Positions 10,450 through 22,235 of a stretch of 64,000 nt of DNA are shown here, in pieces. Origin of the DNA: Stegostoma tigrinum (lineage: Eukaryota). Both the position numbers and the translations under genes were made by a program. The stretch is taken from positions 4,000,833 through 4,064,832 of the forward strand of contig NC_081382.1 in NCBI RefSeq assembly GCF_030684315.1. The letters run 5' to 3'. How positions within the stretch are numbered: the stretch's first letter is position 1; every line of letters begins with the position of its first letter. Under the pieces are notes generated by a model, which was given only the letters and a program-made list of their open reading frames with translations, was not told where the DNA came from and made no database searches.

Positions 10450-11952
10450 GTGATAACGGGAACCGCAGATGCGGGAGAATCCAAGATAATAAAGTGTGAA
10501 GCTGGATGAACACAGCAGGCCAAGCAGCATCTCACAAGCACAAAAGCTGACGTTTTGGGCCTAGACTCTTCATCAGAGAGGGGGATGGGGTGAGGGTTCT
10601 GGAATACGTAGGGAGAGAGGGGGAGGCGGACCGAAGATGGAGAGAAAAGAAGATAGGTGGAGAGGAGAGTATAGGTGGGGAGGTAGGGAGGGGATAGGTC
10701 AGTCCAGGGAAGACGGACAGGTCAAGGAGGTGGGATGAGGTTAGTAGGTAGGAAATGGAGGTGCGGCTTGGGGTGGGAGGAAAGGATGGGTGAGAGGAAG
10801 AACAGGTTAGGGAAGCAGAGACAGGTTGGGCTGGTTTTGGGATGCAGTGGGGGGACGGGAAGAGCTGGGCTGGTGGTGTGGTGCAGTGGGGGGAGGGGAC
10901 GAACTGGGCTGGTTTTGGGATGCGGTAGGAGAAGGGGAGATTTTGAAGCTGGTGAAGTCCACATTGATACCATTGGGCTGCAGGGGTCTCAAGCGGAATA
11001 TGAGTTGCTGTTCCTGCAACCTTCGGGTGGCATCATTGTGGCACTGCAGGAGGCCCACGATGGACATGTCATCTAAAGAATGGGAGGGGAACCATTGGGG
11101 AAACCAAGCGGAGGCTTGGGGACTGTTTTGCAGAACACCTCCGCTCGGTTCGCAATAAACAACTGCACCTCCCAATCGCGAACCATGTCATCTAAAGAAT
11201 GGGAGGGGGAGTTGAAATGGTTCGCGACTGGGAGGTGCAGTTGTTTATTGCAAACCGAGCGGGCGTGTTCTACAAAACAGTCCCCAAGCCTCCGCTTGGT
11301 TTCCCCAATGGTTCCCCTCCCATTCTTTAGATGACATGTCCATCGTGGGCCTCCTGCAGTGCCACAGTGATGCTACCCGAAGGTTGCAGGAACAGCAACT
11401 CATATTCCGCTTGGGAACCCTGCAGCCCAATGGTATCAATGTGGACTTCGCCGGCCTCAAGGTCTCCCCTTCCGCCACCGCATCCCAAAACCAGCCCATT
11501 TCATCCCCTCCCCCCACTGCATCACACCACCAGCCCAGCTCTTCCCCTCCCCCCACTGCATCTCAAAACCAGCCCAGCATGTCTCTGCCTCCCTAACCTG
11601 TTCTTCCTCTCACCCATCTCTTCCTCCCACCCCAAGCCGCACCTCCATTTCCTACCTACTAACCTCATCCCACCTCCTTGACCTGTCCGTCTTCCCTGGA
11701 CTGACCTATCCCCTCCCTACCTCCTCACCTATACTCTACTCTCCACCTATCTTCTTTTCTCTCCATCATCGGTTTGCCTCCCCCTCTCTCCCTATTTATT
11801 CCAGAATCCTCACCCCATCCCCCTCTCTGATGAAGGGTCTAGGCCCGAAACGTCAGCTTTTGTGCTCCTGAGATGCTGCTTGGCCTGCTGTGTTCATCCA
11901 GCTTCACACTTTATTATCTCGGATTCTCCAGCATCTGCAGTTCCCATTGTCA
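10450..11952. mobile_element. 1.5-kb inverted-repeat (fold-back) Penelope-like element, GIY-YIG 3' part plus pLTR in both orientations
   Basis: Arms ~10450-11186 and ~11217-11952 are reverse complements. Mirror-image ORFs (LQEQQLIFRLGTLQPNGINVDF) appear on both strands. Confidence 0.9.
11827..11854 (+). ncRNA. Minimal type I hammerhead ribozyme motif (intact core), predicted cleavage after C11854
   Basis: CTGATGA-A-GGGT/CTAG/GCCC-GAAA-CG-TC. Palindromic ACGT at helix III, as in Penelope-associated minimal hammerheads. Confidence 0.7.
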
Positions 11953-11954
11953 CT

Positions 11955-12395
11955 CACACATAGCAGAACACCCTCCTTATCTCACATCAATTGAGATGCA
12001 CTGTGAGATCCTTGAAAACATGGATCATCTTCTGTGCGTCAGGAGCCTCCTGATGGAAGGATAACTGTATCTATCATTGCTCCTTGCACCAGCTCCGCCT
12101 TCAGCCAATTGTGGAGAAGACCATTTGAGAAACTCAAACTCGAGACTAAGGAGATGGCAGCAGAGATCTAGGCCTAGTCGACCTGCATGAAGCACCTTAA
12201 AATATTGGAGACGTACCTCCTGAGGATCCTCTAAAGCCAGTGGTAAGAGAGTTGATCCCATAACAACATCCAAGTCATATAGCACAATATTGATGCACTA
12301 ATCATTCAAAAGCAGCTGTCTGGCCTGGACATGCCATTTTTATGTCTGACACCAGACTCCTGAAGCAACTGTATAAAGTATTTAGCACAGTGAGC
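11955..12395 (+). mobile_element. RTE-clade LINE fragment
   Basis: Decayed ILENMDH…, SSAFSQLWRR, KHLKILE…LRIL and MSDTRLLKQLY motifs typical of RTE ORF2 after the RT. Confidence 0.7.
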
Positions 12396-13039
12396 CCTTG
12401 CAGGCATTCAAGAGTTAATGGAAGTCGGGACCAAGGTGCAGGATTTGTGATTTATGTTATCAGTATTGTTTTTCTGAGTTAACCACAGCCTACTCAAGCC
12501 TTGGGAATGGTTTCATTGGTAGCTGACATGGGCCTCCTTGCTGTGATTTGCTGGGAAGCTGGTTATCTCTCTAATCTATGCCGTTTATCTGACACACAGT
12601 ACCAACTGGCACAGAGTCTTTAAGTCACAGCTACAGGGTGGCATTTACACGAAGGAGCACCTATTGTTGAAGAATTGACATTCAACAAGGACACAGCTTA
12701 CAGCGATGGAAATGCTACTCAGCTCCGTAGAGGTGATACACCATGAATCCTCAAAGGCTGACATCAAGGCAGTGAGCACTGCAGGACATCTGGCTTCACA
12801 GGTGAGTGTTGGGAATCCTGTTAAACTTGATAGTGCGCTCAGGCTGTAGGAGAGGCTGTCAATGCAAAACATGCTGATGGACTGGGAGGCATGGAAGCAC
12901 AAAGTTGGGAGGCTAGTATTGTAAACTTTGGCAAGCAGCAGCTTTTGCCAATCTGTCAGGAAGAAGCAGACTTTGATGTTAATGTCACTGCCAGTCGCAG
13001 GAAGACAGATTTTTACAATAATGTGGATACTAGTCTGGA

Positions 13040-13385
13040 TAGAGTCAATAGCTGAGGTCTTTTCCACTGGGTAGAGGAGTCTAAAACTAGAGGTCATAGG
13101 TTTAAGGTGAAAGGAGAAATATTTAAAAGGGACCTAAGGCATAATTTTTTTCAGGTGGAGGCTGGTGCATGTATGCAACAAGCTGTCGGATGAAGCGTTG
13201 GAGACTGGTATAATCACAGCTTTTAAAAGGCATCTGGATGGGTATATGAATAGGAAGAGTTTAGAGGGATATGGGCCAAATGCAGGCAAATTGGGCTAGA
13301 TTAATTTAGGATATCTGATCGGTCTGGACAAGTTGGAGCAAAGGGGCTGTTTCCATGCAGTATAATTCTGTGACTCAATGACTCT
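13040..13385 (+). mobile_element. CR1 3' tail directly upstream of the RING exon
   Basis: aaaactagaggtcataggtttaaggtgaaaggag…tttagagggatatgggccaaatg. Confidence 0.85.
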
Positions 13386-13415
13386 ATTCTCTTTGCTGAA
13401 GCACAGAGTAAAACT

Positions 13416-14681
13416 ATGGAGACACTGTGGACCTTTCAGGAGGAGAGTGAATCGAATGATGAAGGACAGCAATGCAGGATGTTTAATGAGCCAACTCACC
13501 CAAAGGTGGCTGAGAGACAAGCACTGAATTCTGAACAATCAATCCCTTCTGTGGAGCAGGCAACAAAGGGGATATTGTCTGGGCCCAGCCAAGGCCCTAC
13601 GGCCCAGTATCTCATGGCACATGCCAAGGAGAACAACCTTCAAGAGAAACAGCATTGTGAGTTTACCAGTGAGAGTGGGGTGAGCAATGACAATGTCAGT
13701 AACTGCAATGTTTTACAAACAGTGCAGATGGCAGCTGAAGCTTCAGTGACTCTTGTTGTTCCTCCTGCAACCGGTGACCCTACAATGTCTCAACAGGAAC
13801 GATCCAACTGGGATCACCCAACATCAACGGCTACAACGCAAGCCACCCAGGCGGACAGCTACTGTCATTCCCAGAAAAATCCCGCAGCCAATGAGACAAA
13901 TAGTAGGCTGGTAAAGAGTGGAGCATGCAGTTCAGTGGAGTCCCTGCTGGTCCTTGATGATGGAGCTCCCCTGTCTGTTATAGAGAAAGATGGGGGACGG
14001 GACACAGGAGGCAATTCCTTGGCCAGAGGCGAAAGAAGTCAGGCCATGTCTCCTGCAACAGGCAGTAAACTTGGGGAAGATAAAAATGAGCACAAAATGC
14101 CAGTGCTGCCTGATAATATGTGTGACACAGTATTGCATGTGACAATGGATAGTGAGGAACAGGAATGTCCCGTTTGTATTGAACTGTATGACTCTGGCAC
14201 TCACAAGCAGGCTTTGCTGAACTGCAACCATAGCTTTTGTGACAGCTGTGTGAAGAGCATTATGGAGAAGGCAGCAGTGAGCAACACAAGCCAGATCTGC
14301 TGCCCGATCTGTCGCCAGAGAACCCCAATGCCTGAGTGGGAGATCCGTCAGCTTCAGGAAGAGATGACGTGTTTAAACGGGGTAGTGGCTGGCAGATTGG
14401 TCATGATACCCACATCTCCAGCCCCACAGGAAAGGCCATGCATGAGGCTGCAGCAGGCCTTTCGTCAACGTTTGTTGACCACCCGGAGGTGTGGCTACTT
14501 GCCATGCCTGCAATACCCACTGTGGCTGGTAAATGCATTAGCACAGTGTGACCAGATATCACCATATTGTTACCTCTGCTCCATTCTCCTCCTGTATGGG
14601 CTGGAGTTACTGTGTCTTGCTCTCATCTTCACTCCTGTGATTATACTAATCTTACTTTTCACATTACTGGACAAAGAGTGA
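13416..14681 (+). CDS. RING-HC E3 ubiquitin ligase with C-terminal transmembrane region (RNF183/RNF186/RNF152-like group), 421 aa
   Basis: Uninterrupted 421-codon ORF. C3HC4 RING CPVC…CNHSFCDSC…CPICRQRT at ~14166-14315. Hydrophobic tail SILLLYGLELLCLALIFTPVIILILLFTLL. Low-complexity S/T/Q/E N-terminus. No orthologue confidently recognised. Confidence 0.85.
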   Translation: METLWTFQEESESNDEGQQCRMFNEPTHPKVAERQALNSEQSIPSVEQATKGILSGPSQGPTAQYLMAHAKENNLQEKQHCEFTSESGVSNDNVSNCNVLQTVQMAAEASVTLVVPPATGDPTMSQQERSNWDHPTSTATTQATQADSYCHSQKNPAANETNSRLVKSGACSSVESLLVLDDGAPLSVIEKDGGRDTGGNSLARGERSQAMSPATGSKLGEDKNEHKMPVLPDNMCDTVLHVTMDSEEQECPVCIELYDSGTHKQALLNCNHSFCDSCVKSIMEKAAVSNTSQICCPICRQRTPMPEWEIRQLQEEMTCLNGVVAGRLVMIPTSPAPQERPCMRLQQAFRQRLLTTRRCGYLPCLQYPLWLVNALAQCDQISPYCYLCSILLLYGLELLCLALIFTPVIILILLFTLLDKE

Positions 14682-14869
14682 GCTGATGGGAACATGGGTC
14701 ATAGACCCAGTCATCTACAATTAATATACCTGCATTAAAATAGGACAATGACAATCTGCAAACATTGCAAAACAATGCTAGACCTGAGTAAAACATTGGA
14801 ACTCACAGGGGATGGAATATAACCTGGAGGGAGGAGGAGCCCTGAGGTGTTAGGAGTACAGCAGATGGA

Positions 14870-15950
14870 ATCAGATATTGGGATTAGGCTGTGGAAGACC
14901 CAGTTGGATTAGGCATTGGAGTGACCAGGAACTGTTGGAATTGGGATTTAGAGTAAGTAGGGGCTGATGGATTGATTATTGGAATGAGCAGGAGGCAGTT
15001 GAATTGGTGATTGGGGTGAACAGGAACTGATTGGATGAGGGATTGGGGTGAACAAGAGCTGGTTGGATTGGGGATTGGGGTGAACAGGAGTTGATTGGAT
15101 TGGGGATTGGGGTGAATAGGAGCTGGTTGGATTGGGGTGAACAGGAGCTGGTTGGATTGGGGATTGGGGTGAACAGAAGCTGGTTGGACTGGGGTGAACA
15201 GGGGCTGGTTGGATTGGGGTGAACAGGAGCTGGTTGGATTGGGGATTGGGGTGAACAGAAGATGGTTGGATTGGGGATTGGGGTGAACAGAAGCTGGTTG
15301 GACGGGGGTGAACAGGGGCTGGTTGGATTGGGGTGAACAGGAGCTGGCTGGATTGGGGATTGGGGTGAACAGGAGCTGGTTGGATTGGGGTGAGCAGGAG
15401 CTGGTTGGATTGGGGATTGGGGTGAACAGGAGCTGGTTGGATTGGGGATTGAGGTGAGCAGGAGCTGGTTGGATTGGGGTGAACAGGAGCTGGTTGGATT
15501 GGGGATTGGGGTGAGCAGGAGCTGGTTGGATTGGGGATTGGGGTGAGCAGGAGCTGGTTAGATTGGGGTGAGCAGGAGCTGGTTGGATTGGGGATTGTGG
15601 TGAACAGGAGCTGGTTGGATTGGGGATTGGGGTGAACAGGAGCTGGTTGGATTGGGGTGAACAGGAGCTGGTTGGATTGGGGATTGGGGTGAACAGGAGC
15701 TGGTCGGATTGGGGATTGGGGTGAACAGGAGCTGGTTGGATTGGGGATTGGGGTGAACAGGAGCTGGTTGGATTGGGGTGAACAGGAGCTGGTCAGCTTG
15801 GGGATTGGGGTGAGCAGGAGCTGGTTGGATTGGGGATTGGGGTGAACAGGAGCTGGTTGGATTGGGGTGAACAGGAGCTGGTCAGCTTGGGGATTGGGGT
15901 GAGCAGGAGCTGGTTGGATTGGGATTGGTGGGAACAGAAGCTGATTGTTT
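14870..15950 (+). repeat. G-rich minisatellite of mixed 25-bp and 32-bp units (gaacaggagctggttggatt[ggggatt]ggggt), degenerate at the edges
   Basis: About 30 near-identical tandem units between ~15010 and 15930. Confidence 0.95.
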
Positions 15951-15975
15951 CAAGCCATTGTTTCAGACCTGTACA

Positions 15976-15981
15976 AATAAA
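15976..15981 (+). terminator. Candidate polyadenylation signal (AATAAA) for the + strand RING gene
   Basis: First AATAAA after the stop, with a T-rich stretch downstream. An alternative ATTAAA lies at 14734-14739. Confidence 0.35.
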
Positions 15982-16929
15982 CCCTTTCAAAGCAACACCA
16001 GTTTGAGAATCTTTGTTTTATTGCTTCCTCTGTGAAATGCAACAGGTAATCAGAACATCAGTCTGTGTGGATAATCTAGGATCTTGATTAATTCGTGATG
16101 GGAACCAGTGTAGATTCAGCCAAGGGTAGTTGATATTTCTATTAGAACAGGGCCTTCTTCTTAGGTTAAGAAGCAGCTGGAATAAGTTGGGTTACTGATT
16201 GGGGGATGAAGCTGTTTGATGTGAGAAGGAGCCAGTTAAGGGTTGTTGTGGTTTACTTTGCATGAAACTGTTTAGCGGCACGCCTTTTGCAGTGTTGCTG
16301 TGAGTAATATTGTACTGAACAGATTCACTGTTAAGTTGTTGCAGTTATAAACCCTGCACAGAAACTGTCAGCATTCTGAGTTAGATTGTTTGGAACAGTC
16401 ACCTGAAGGGAATCACATTGAATAGTAATATAGCTACTTTGTAGGGATCTGGCTACCTGCATGTATACGTTGGAATGGCTTAGAGTTACGGTATGTGAAA
16501 AGACAGGAAGGTAGAAATGTCAAACCAAACTTCAATTCAAAGCTTGAAACAGCACTTGTTTAACAAGAGTGAATATCTGTTAATTGGTTGAAGGCTATTC
16601 TATTCTTAAATTTTAAGAATATACACTTTGGTAGTAGAGTTAGTACGATTCATAAAAAGCATCATAGGTAAGTGAATAGCATAACTAAATAATAAATTCA
16701 CAACTCATTAAAAACGGCATCGCAGGAACTATGCCAAAGCTGCAGTATGTGAGAGCTTATGGATACCATTATGATACAGGGTAAACATATCTGCGGTAAA
16801 TGTTAAAAGGTTGAGCAGCTTTGGCTCAAAGATAGTGAACTGGGCCTGAACCACAGACACTGGAATGCATCAGGGAGAGTGAAAGTTACCTAGCTTCTTC
16901 ATACCAGGAGCCAGTCACACCTCTTAGGA

Positions 16930-17160
16930 TGAGATAGCAGGAACTGCTGATACTGGAGAATCTGAGATAACACAGTGTCAAGCTGGATGAACACAGCAGA
17001 CCAAGCAGCATCAGAGGAGCAGGAAAGTTGACATTTTGATCCTTCTTCAGAAGAAAAAAAAAAAAAAAATTCTGAAGAAGGGTCTAGGCCCCAAACGTCA
17101 GCTTTCCTGCTCCTCTGATGCTGCCTGGCCTGCTGTGTTCATCCAGCTCTACATCTTGAC
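16930..17160. mobile_element. Palindromic Penelope-derived mini-element with central poly(A)
   Basis: Opposed copies meet at two hammerhead remnants separated by an A-run. acacctctta occurs at both flanks. Confidence 0.8.
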
Positions 17161-17444
17161 ACCTCTTACGACATTGTGTCCTGATGTGGTCAGTGAGTCA
17201 GGGACAGGAGGATGTGACTGCAATTGAGGCATGTTAGGCACCTAGAGGAGGGGAGAGCCAGCCTCTGAAAATAGGTTTGATGAATGTGGGGCCTGAGGGT
17301 TGAATGAGTAAAATCAGCATGGTATCACGATACAGGAACACATTTTATGTGGATAGAGCCAAAAGGAATGTAATGGGACATTTGGGGATTGTCAGGGGGA
17401 TTTCTCTGCAGCAAACAGTGTGAGACCAGGCAGCTGTGTTGTCT

Positions 17445-17577
17445 CGGTGATAATGGGAACTGCAGATGCTGGAGAATCCAAGATAATAAGATGTGAGGCT
17501 GGATGAACATAGCAGGCCCAGCAGCATGTCAAGAGCACAAAGGCTGACGTTGCGGGCCTAGACCCTTCATCAGAGAG
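17445..17577 (-). mobile_element. Penelope-derived short element with hammerhead motif; TSD agctgtgttgtct
   Basis: TSD at 17432-17444 and 17576-17588. Confidence 0.85.
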
Positions 17578-19300
17578 CTGTGTTGTCTGTCTGGTGCAAG
17601 GGTCCAGTTTGTCTACTTTGGGCTGGAGAAGAGCTTGCAGTGGGAGGAGAAACATCCAGTCTCATGGTCTATGTAGGCACCAATCAAATAAGTAGAGCTA
17701 GGAAAGAGGCTTTACATAGTCCATTTGAGGAATTAGCACCAAAATTAAGAGGCAGAACTTTAGAGGTAATAATCGCGGGTCTATTACCTGAGCCATGTGC
17801 AAGTTGCTCGAAGGTAAACAAGGTTAGAGAGATGAATGTGTGACTGAAAGATTGGTGTGGGAGAAGTGGATTGGGGAAAAATGAGATCTGTACTGTTAGG
17901 ACTGTCTACACATGCACCACACTAAGGCTGGTGTTCCTGTGAACTGTATAACTAGGGAAGTACAGCAGGATTTAAAATAAATATTGGACCCTGACAGCCC
18001 ACATTTGGGAAGTTGTGGTGAATCAAAGAATGGGAAGAATGCAACAGAGAAAGGAATTAATGCGGGAAATGATAAAACAATGACAGGAAGGGAGAAAGAA
18101 CACATATCTAAGAGCAAATTGCCAGATAGGAATGGAGATGATAAAAGTAATAAAAGGGTGAAACCTAATGCACTGTGTTTGAATGCACATAGCATTCAAA
18201 CCAAAGAAACAAAGCAGATGAACCAAAAGTACAAATTGAAATAAATAGTATGATCTTATGGACATTACTGAGATGTGGCAATAGTTTGACCCTAGGCTGG
18301 GGCCTGAATATTGAAGCGCACGTGATATTTAGGTAGGACAGAAAGCTAGGAAAGGGTGGAGGAGTGGCTCTGTTAATTAAAGATGATATCGGTACAATAG
18401 AGAGGGATGACCTAAATTCAGGAAATCAGGATACAGAAGCAATCTGGATAGACGTAGGGAATGATAAAGGCAAGAAGTGACTTATGGGAGTTGCGTACCC
18501 TTAGCAGTAACCACATGGTAGGACAGGTACCAAGGAAAAAATAATGAGAGCTTGTCAGAAGGGAACAGAAATTATGATGATTTCAACATACATACAGACT
18601 GGAAAAAATCAGACATAGTAAAGGAGTATAGATGAGGAATTTATTGAATGTTTTGGGGACAATTGCTTAAACATGCATGTTAATGGAACCAACCAGAGAG
18701 CAGGCTATACTAGACTAAGTTTGACCAACGAGGTAGGTTTACATATTGACCTCATATGAAATCGTCCCGGGGTAGCAACCACCATAATATGATATAATTT
18801 TTACAGAGAGTTGAAGTGTGGGTCCAAGACTACAGTTTTAAATTTAAACAAAGGTCATGAGGGCAGGAAAGCAGAGTTAGTGAAAGTGAACTGGCAGTTT
18901 AGGTTAAGGGATAGGCCAATATACATGCTGTGGCAAACATTGAGGGGATTTTCTAGAAAGCACAGATTAGATACATTTCAACAAATAAGAAAAATATTCT
19001 AACGGACAACCCTCCTTCCATAGTTAACTAAAAATATCAAAAATCGTATCAAACTCAAAGAAAAGACATATAATTCTGCAAAGATTGGTGACAGGTCAGA
19101 GATGAACTGAATGTAAGAAGAAAAAAACCCAAAGAATTACTAAAAGATTAGAGTATGAGCGAAAGATAGCCAAAAATATAAAAACAGGTAGTAGACGTTT
19201 CTTCAGGTGCTTTAAAAAAAAGATTTAGTGAAGTAAATATTATTCCTGTAGTAGTCTGGGGAATTAGTAATGGTAGATAAAGACAACTGGATAAGTTGAA

Positions 19301-19440
19301 TAAGACCCTCTCTGATGAAGGGTCTAGGCCCAAAACGTCAGCTTTTGTGCTCCTGAGATGCTGCTTGGCCTGCTGTGTTCATCCAGCCTCACATTTTATT
19401 ATCTTGGAATTCTCCAGCATCTGCAGTTCCCATTATCTCT
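19301..19440 (+). mobile_element. Penelope-derived short element with hammerhead motif; TSD tggataagttgaa
   Basis: TSD at 19288-19300 and 19441-19453. Begins ctctctgatgaagggtctaggccc. Confidence 0.85.
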
Positions 19441-19789
19441 TGGATAAGTTGAACAGATATTTTGCATCAGTCTTCACTAGAGAGGATACAAGTAACATTC
19501 TGGAAATAGCTGTAAATCAATATTTGAAAGGGAGGGAAAAACAATCACCAGAGAAGTCATACAGAGTAAATTGTTGGAAGTGTCAGTTGACAAGTTCCAG
19601 GTTCTGGTGATTTCCATCTAGGGTATTAAAAGAACTGGGCAGTGAAATAGCTGATGCAGTGGTTTTAATTTTCAGGATATCATGAGCTGTGTGCCACAGG
19701 GGTCAGTGTTGGTGATTTATACAAATGATTTGGATAAAGGGATCGAAGATATGGAGCTAACTTTGTTGATGCTACAAAGATGAAGAAAA

Positions 19790-22180
19790 GGCACAGAAAA
19801 GGCCCTTTGGCCCATTGAGTCTGCGTTGACAATAGCTACCACTAAATGTGCACTAATTCCAATTTCCTGCACTTGCCTCATTTCCTTGAATATTATGCTT
19901 TTTTATGAGTTCGTCCAAATATTTTTTAAAGGTAGTAAGGTTTATGGTGTCCACTACCTTCCCGGGCCATGCATTCCAAATTCCATCACCCTCTGAGTGA
20001 AAAGGTTTTTGTCAAATCCCCTCCGAATCTCCGGCCCGTTACTCTCAAACTGTGTCTCCTCATGATTGGTCCCTCAACCAAGGGGAAAAGCTGTTCTCTA
20101 ATTACCCTGTCCATACTCATCAACCTTTACCTGTCAATCATGTTTCCTCTCAGTCTTCCCTGCTCTAAAGAAAATAATTCAAGCTTTTTTAGACTCTCCT
20201 TAGAGCTCAATTTCTCCATGCCAGGCAACGTTCTGATGAATGTCCTCTGTAACCCCCTCTAATGTTATCTCATCCTTCCCATAGTGAGGTGGCCAGAACT
20301 GCACACAGTACTCCAGGTGCAACCTAACCAACGCTCTATATGACTCCAACATTATCTCCCTGCTCTTATATTCACACCACGACTGATGAAAGCAAATATC
20401 CCATGCAGTGCCTTAACTATCTTACTTCTGTGCTCTGCCAACTTCAGGGATCTGTGAATAATTATCCAGGATCCTTCTGTTACTCTAAGCTACCCAGTGT
20501 CCTACCATTCATTAAATACTCCCCCATCTTGTTTCTTCATCCAAAGTGTAAAATCTATCTGCCACTGCTCTGCCATCTCACCAACCCATCTATACCTTCC
20601 TGTAACCTGCAAACATCTTCTTTGCTATTAATCACTCTACCAATCTTGGTGATAGTAAGAACTGCCAAAGTCGGAGTCTGAGATAACAAGGTGCAGAGCT
20701 GGATGAATACAGCAGGCCCCCACAGAAGAAGGGTCCAGACCCAAAACATCAGCTTTCCTGCTCCTCTGATGCTGCCTGGCCTGCTGTGTTCATCCAGCTC
20801 CACACCTTGTTATCTACCAATCTTGGTGTTGTGTGCAAACTTGCTTAACATACCCCCCGACATTTTCATCGATATCATTTATGTATATAACAAACAAGAA
20901 GCATCCCAGTACTGATCGTTGTGGTACAACGCTGGACACCGCCCTCTAGTCACCTAAACAGCCTACTACCACTACTCTTTGTGTCCTATTACTAAGCCAG
21001 TTTCTGATCCATCTCACCAAGTTTCCCTCAATTCCATGTTCTTTATCGTTCTCAACCAGGCTCCCATGTGGGACCTCGTCAAAAGCTTTGCTAAAATCTA
21101 TATTAACTATATCAACTGAACTTCTGTCATCAACAGACTTAATTACATTTTCAGAAAATTCTTACAACTTTGTTTGGCATACACACGCCCAACAAAACCA
21201 TGTGATAATGGGAACTGCAGATGCTGGAGAATCCAAGACAATAAAATGTGAGGCTGGATGAACACAGCAGGCCAAGCAGCATCTCAGGAGCACAAAAGCT
21301 GACGTTTCGGGCCTAGACTCTTCATCAGAGAGCAAAGCCATGCTGATTATACATAATTAACCTATGCCTTTCCAAGTGGTTATTAATTCTCCCCTTTTGA
21401 ATTTTCGCCAAAAGTTATTCACTACTGTTGTGGGACTCACTGTTCTGTAATTTTATGGTTCATTTCTACAATCCTTCTTGAAAAGTGGAACTACATTAGC
21501 CAACCTCCAGTCCTCTGGCGCATACCCTGTGGTCAAAGAGGAATTAATCATTTGTGTCAGAGCTCCTGCAATTTCCTGCCTTGCCTCCCACAGCGGCCTG
21601 AGATGCAATTCCTCTGGGCCAGGGGATTTGTCTGTTTAATGCCTAATAAGGCATCCATTATCTCCCCATTTCCTATGTCAAACTGTGCAAGTTCTTCACA
21701 GTCCCTTTTCCTGAATTCCATACTTACGTTCTCCTTTTCTAGAGTAAAGACTGAGAAGAAGTATTCATTCAAACCTATACCAATATCCTGCAGTTCTCAC
21801 ACAGATTGTCCCCTTGGTCCCTATTCTTTCCCCAGTTAACAGCTTCCCTTTAATGTGTTTATAAATACCTTAATAAATAGCTAATCACATTTGCAAGTCC
21901 TTTCTCATGCCCCCTTTTTGCTTTTCTAATTGCTTTCATAAGTTTCCTCTTGAACTTACTGTATTCCTCTTAGGGCTGCATCAAAATGCTCCCTTTGTAC
22001 GTTCTCTTCTTTGTCATCCAGTCCGGTATGGTCCGAGATATCCAGGGTTCTTTGAAATTATTGCTGCTACACTTCCTCCTAAAGTGTACATGTTGGACCT
22101 GCTCTTTTTGAATGCCCCCCTTCCCACAGTTCCGCTGTTGACTTACCCGCAAGGAGCAGTTCCCAGTGAATGTTTGGCCA
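19790..22180 (-). mobile_element. CR1 LINE ORF2 remnant with two Penelope-derived insertions (20652-20812, ~21203-21332)
   Basis: MNEYFFSVFTLEKE and KIGRVINSKEDVCRLQEGIDGLVRW. TSD tctaccaatcttggtg around the 20652-20812 palindrome. Confidence 0.85.
21301..21328 (-). ncRNA. Minimal hammerhead ribozyme motif
   Basis: Reverse complement CTGATGAAGAGTCTAGGCCCGAAACGTC, with one stem II mismatch. Confidence 0.55.
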
Positions 22181-22235
22181 GTCCTGAGGAAGAGTCACCA
22201 GACCCGAAACATTAACTCTGTTTTCTCCTTCACAG

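Larger units (their letters stand above)
16700..19790 (+). mobile_element. Old, long CR1 LINE (ORF1 esterase-like region, endonuclease, partial RT) with three Penelope-derived insertions
   Basis: MVYVGTNQISRARKEAL…VIIAGLLPEP (ORF1); CLNAHSIQ and RKAELVKVNW (EN); LNRYFASVFTRED. Confidence 0.85.

Noticed and set aside
10182-10450. Possible - strand exon (…FSSEEVRTILFSNSVEK…)
   Set aside because: The frames I checked reach stops before a usable donor, and the nearest donor would create TGA when joined to the 8617 acceptor.
10722-11681. Cluster of 80-120 aa ORFs on both strands
   Set aside because: All derive from the palindromic Penelope element and recur at 43697-44078.
12645-13097. 150-aa - strand ORF
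   Set aside because: Starts inside a CR1 tail, has no recognisable domain and no supporting splice sites.
14730-14783. 54-nt AG/GT-bounded - strand segment (G)LALFCNVCRLSLSYFNA(G), phase-compatible with the 8617 acceptor and faintly like CHAT 'L.RAF..AG'
   Set aside because: Too short and weak to call, and it overlaps the RING gene 3' UTR. Left unresolved; worth checking in RNA-seq.
15010-15930. CRISPR-like or telomere-like array
   Set aside because: No unique spacers, eukaryotic context, and the unit is not (TTAGGG)n. It is a minisatellite.
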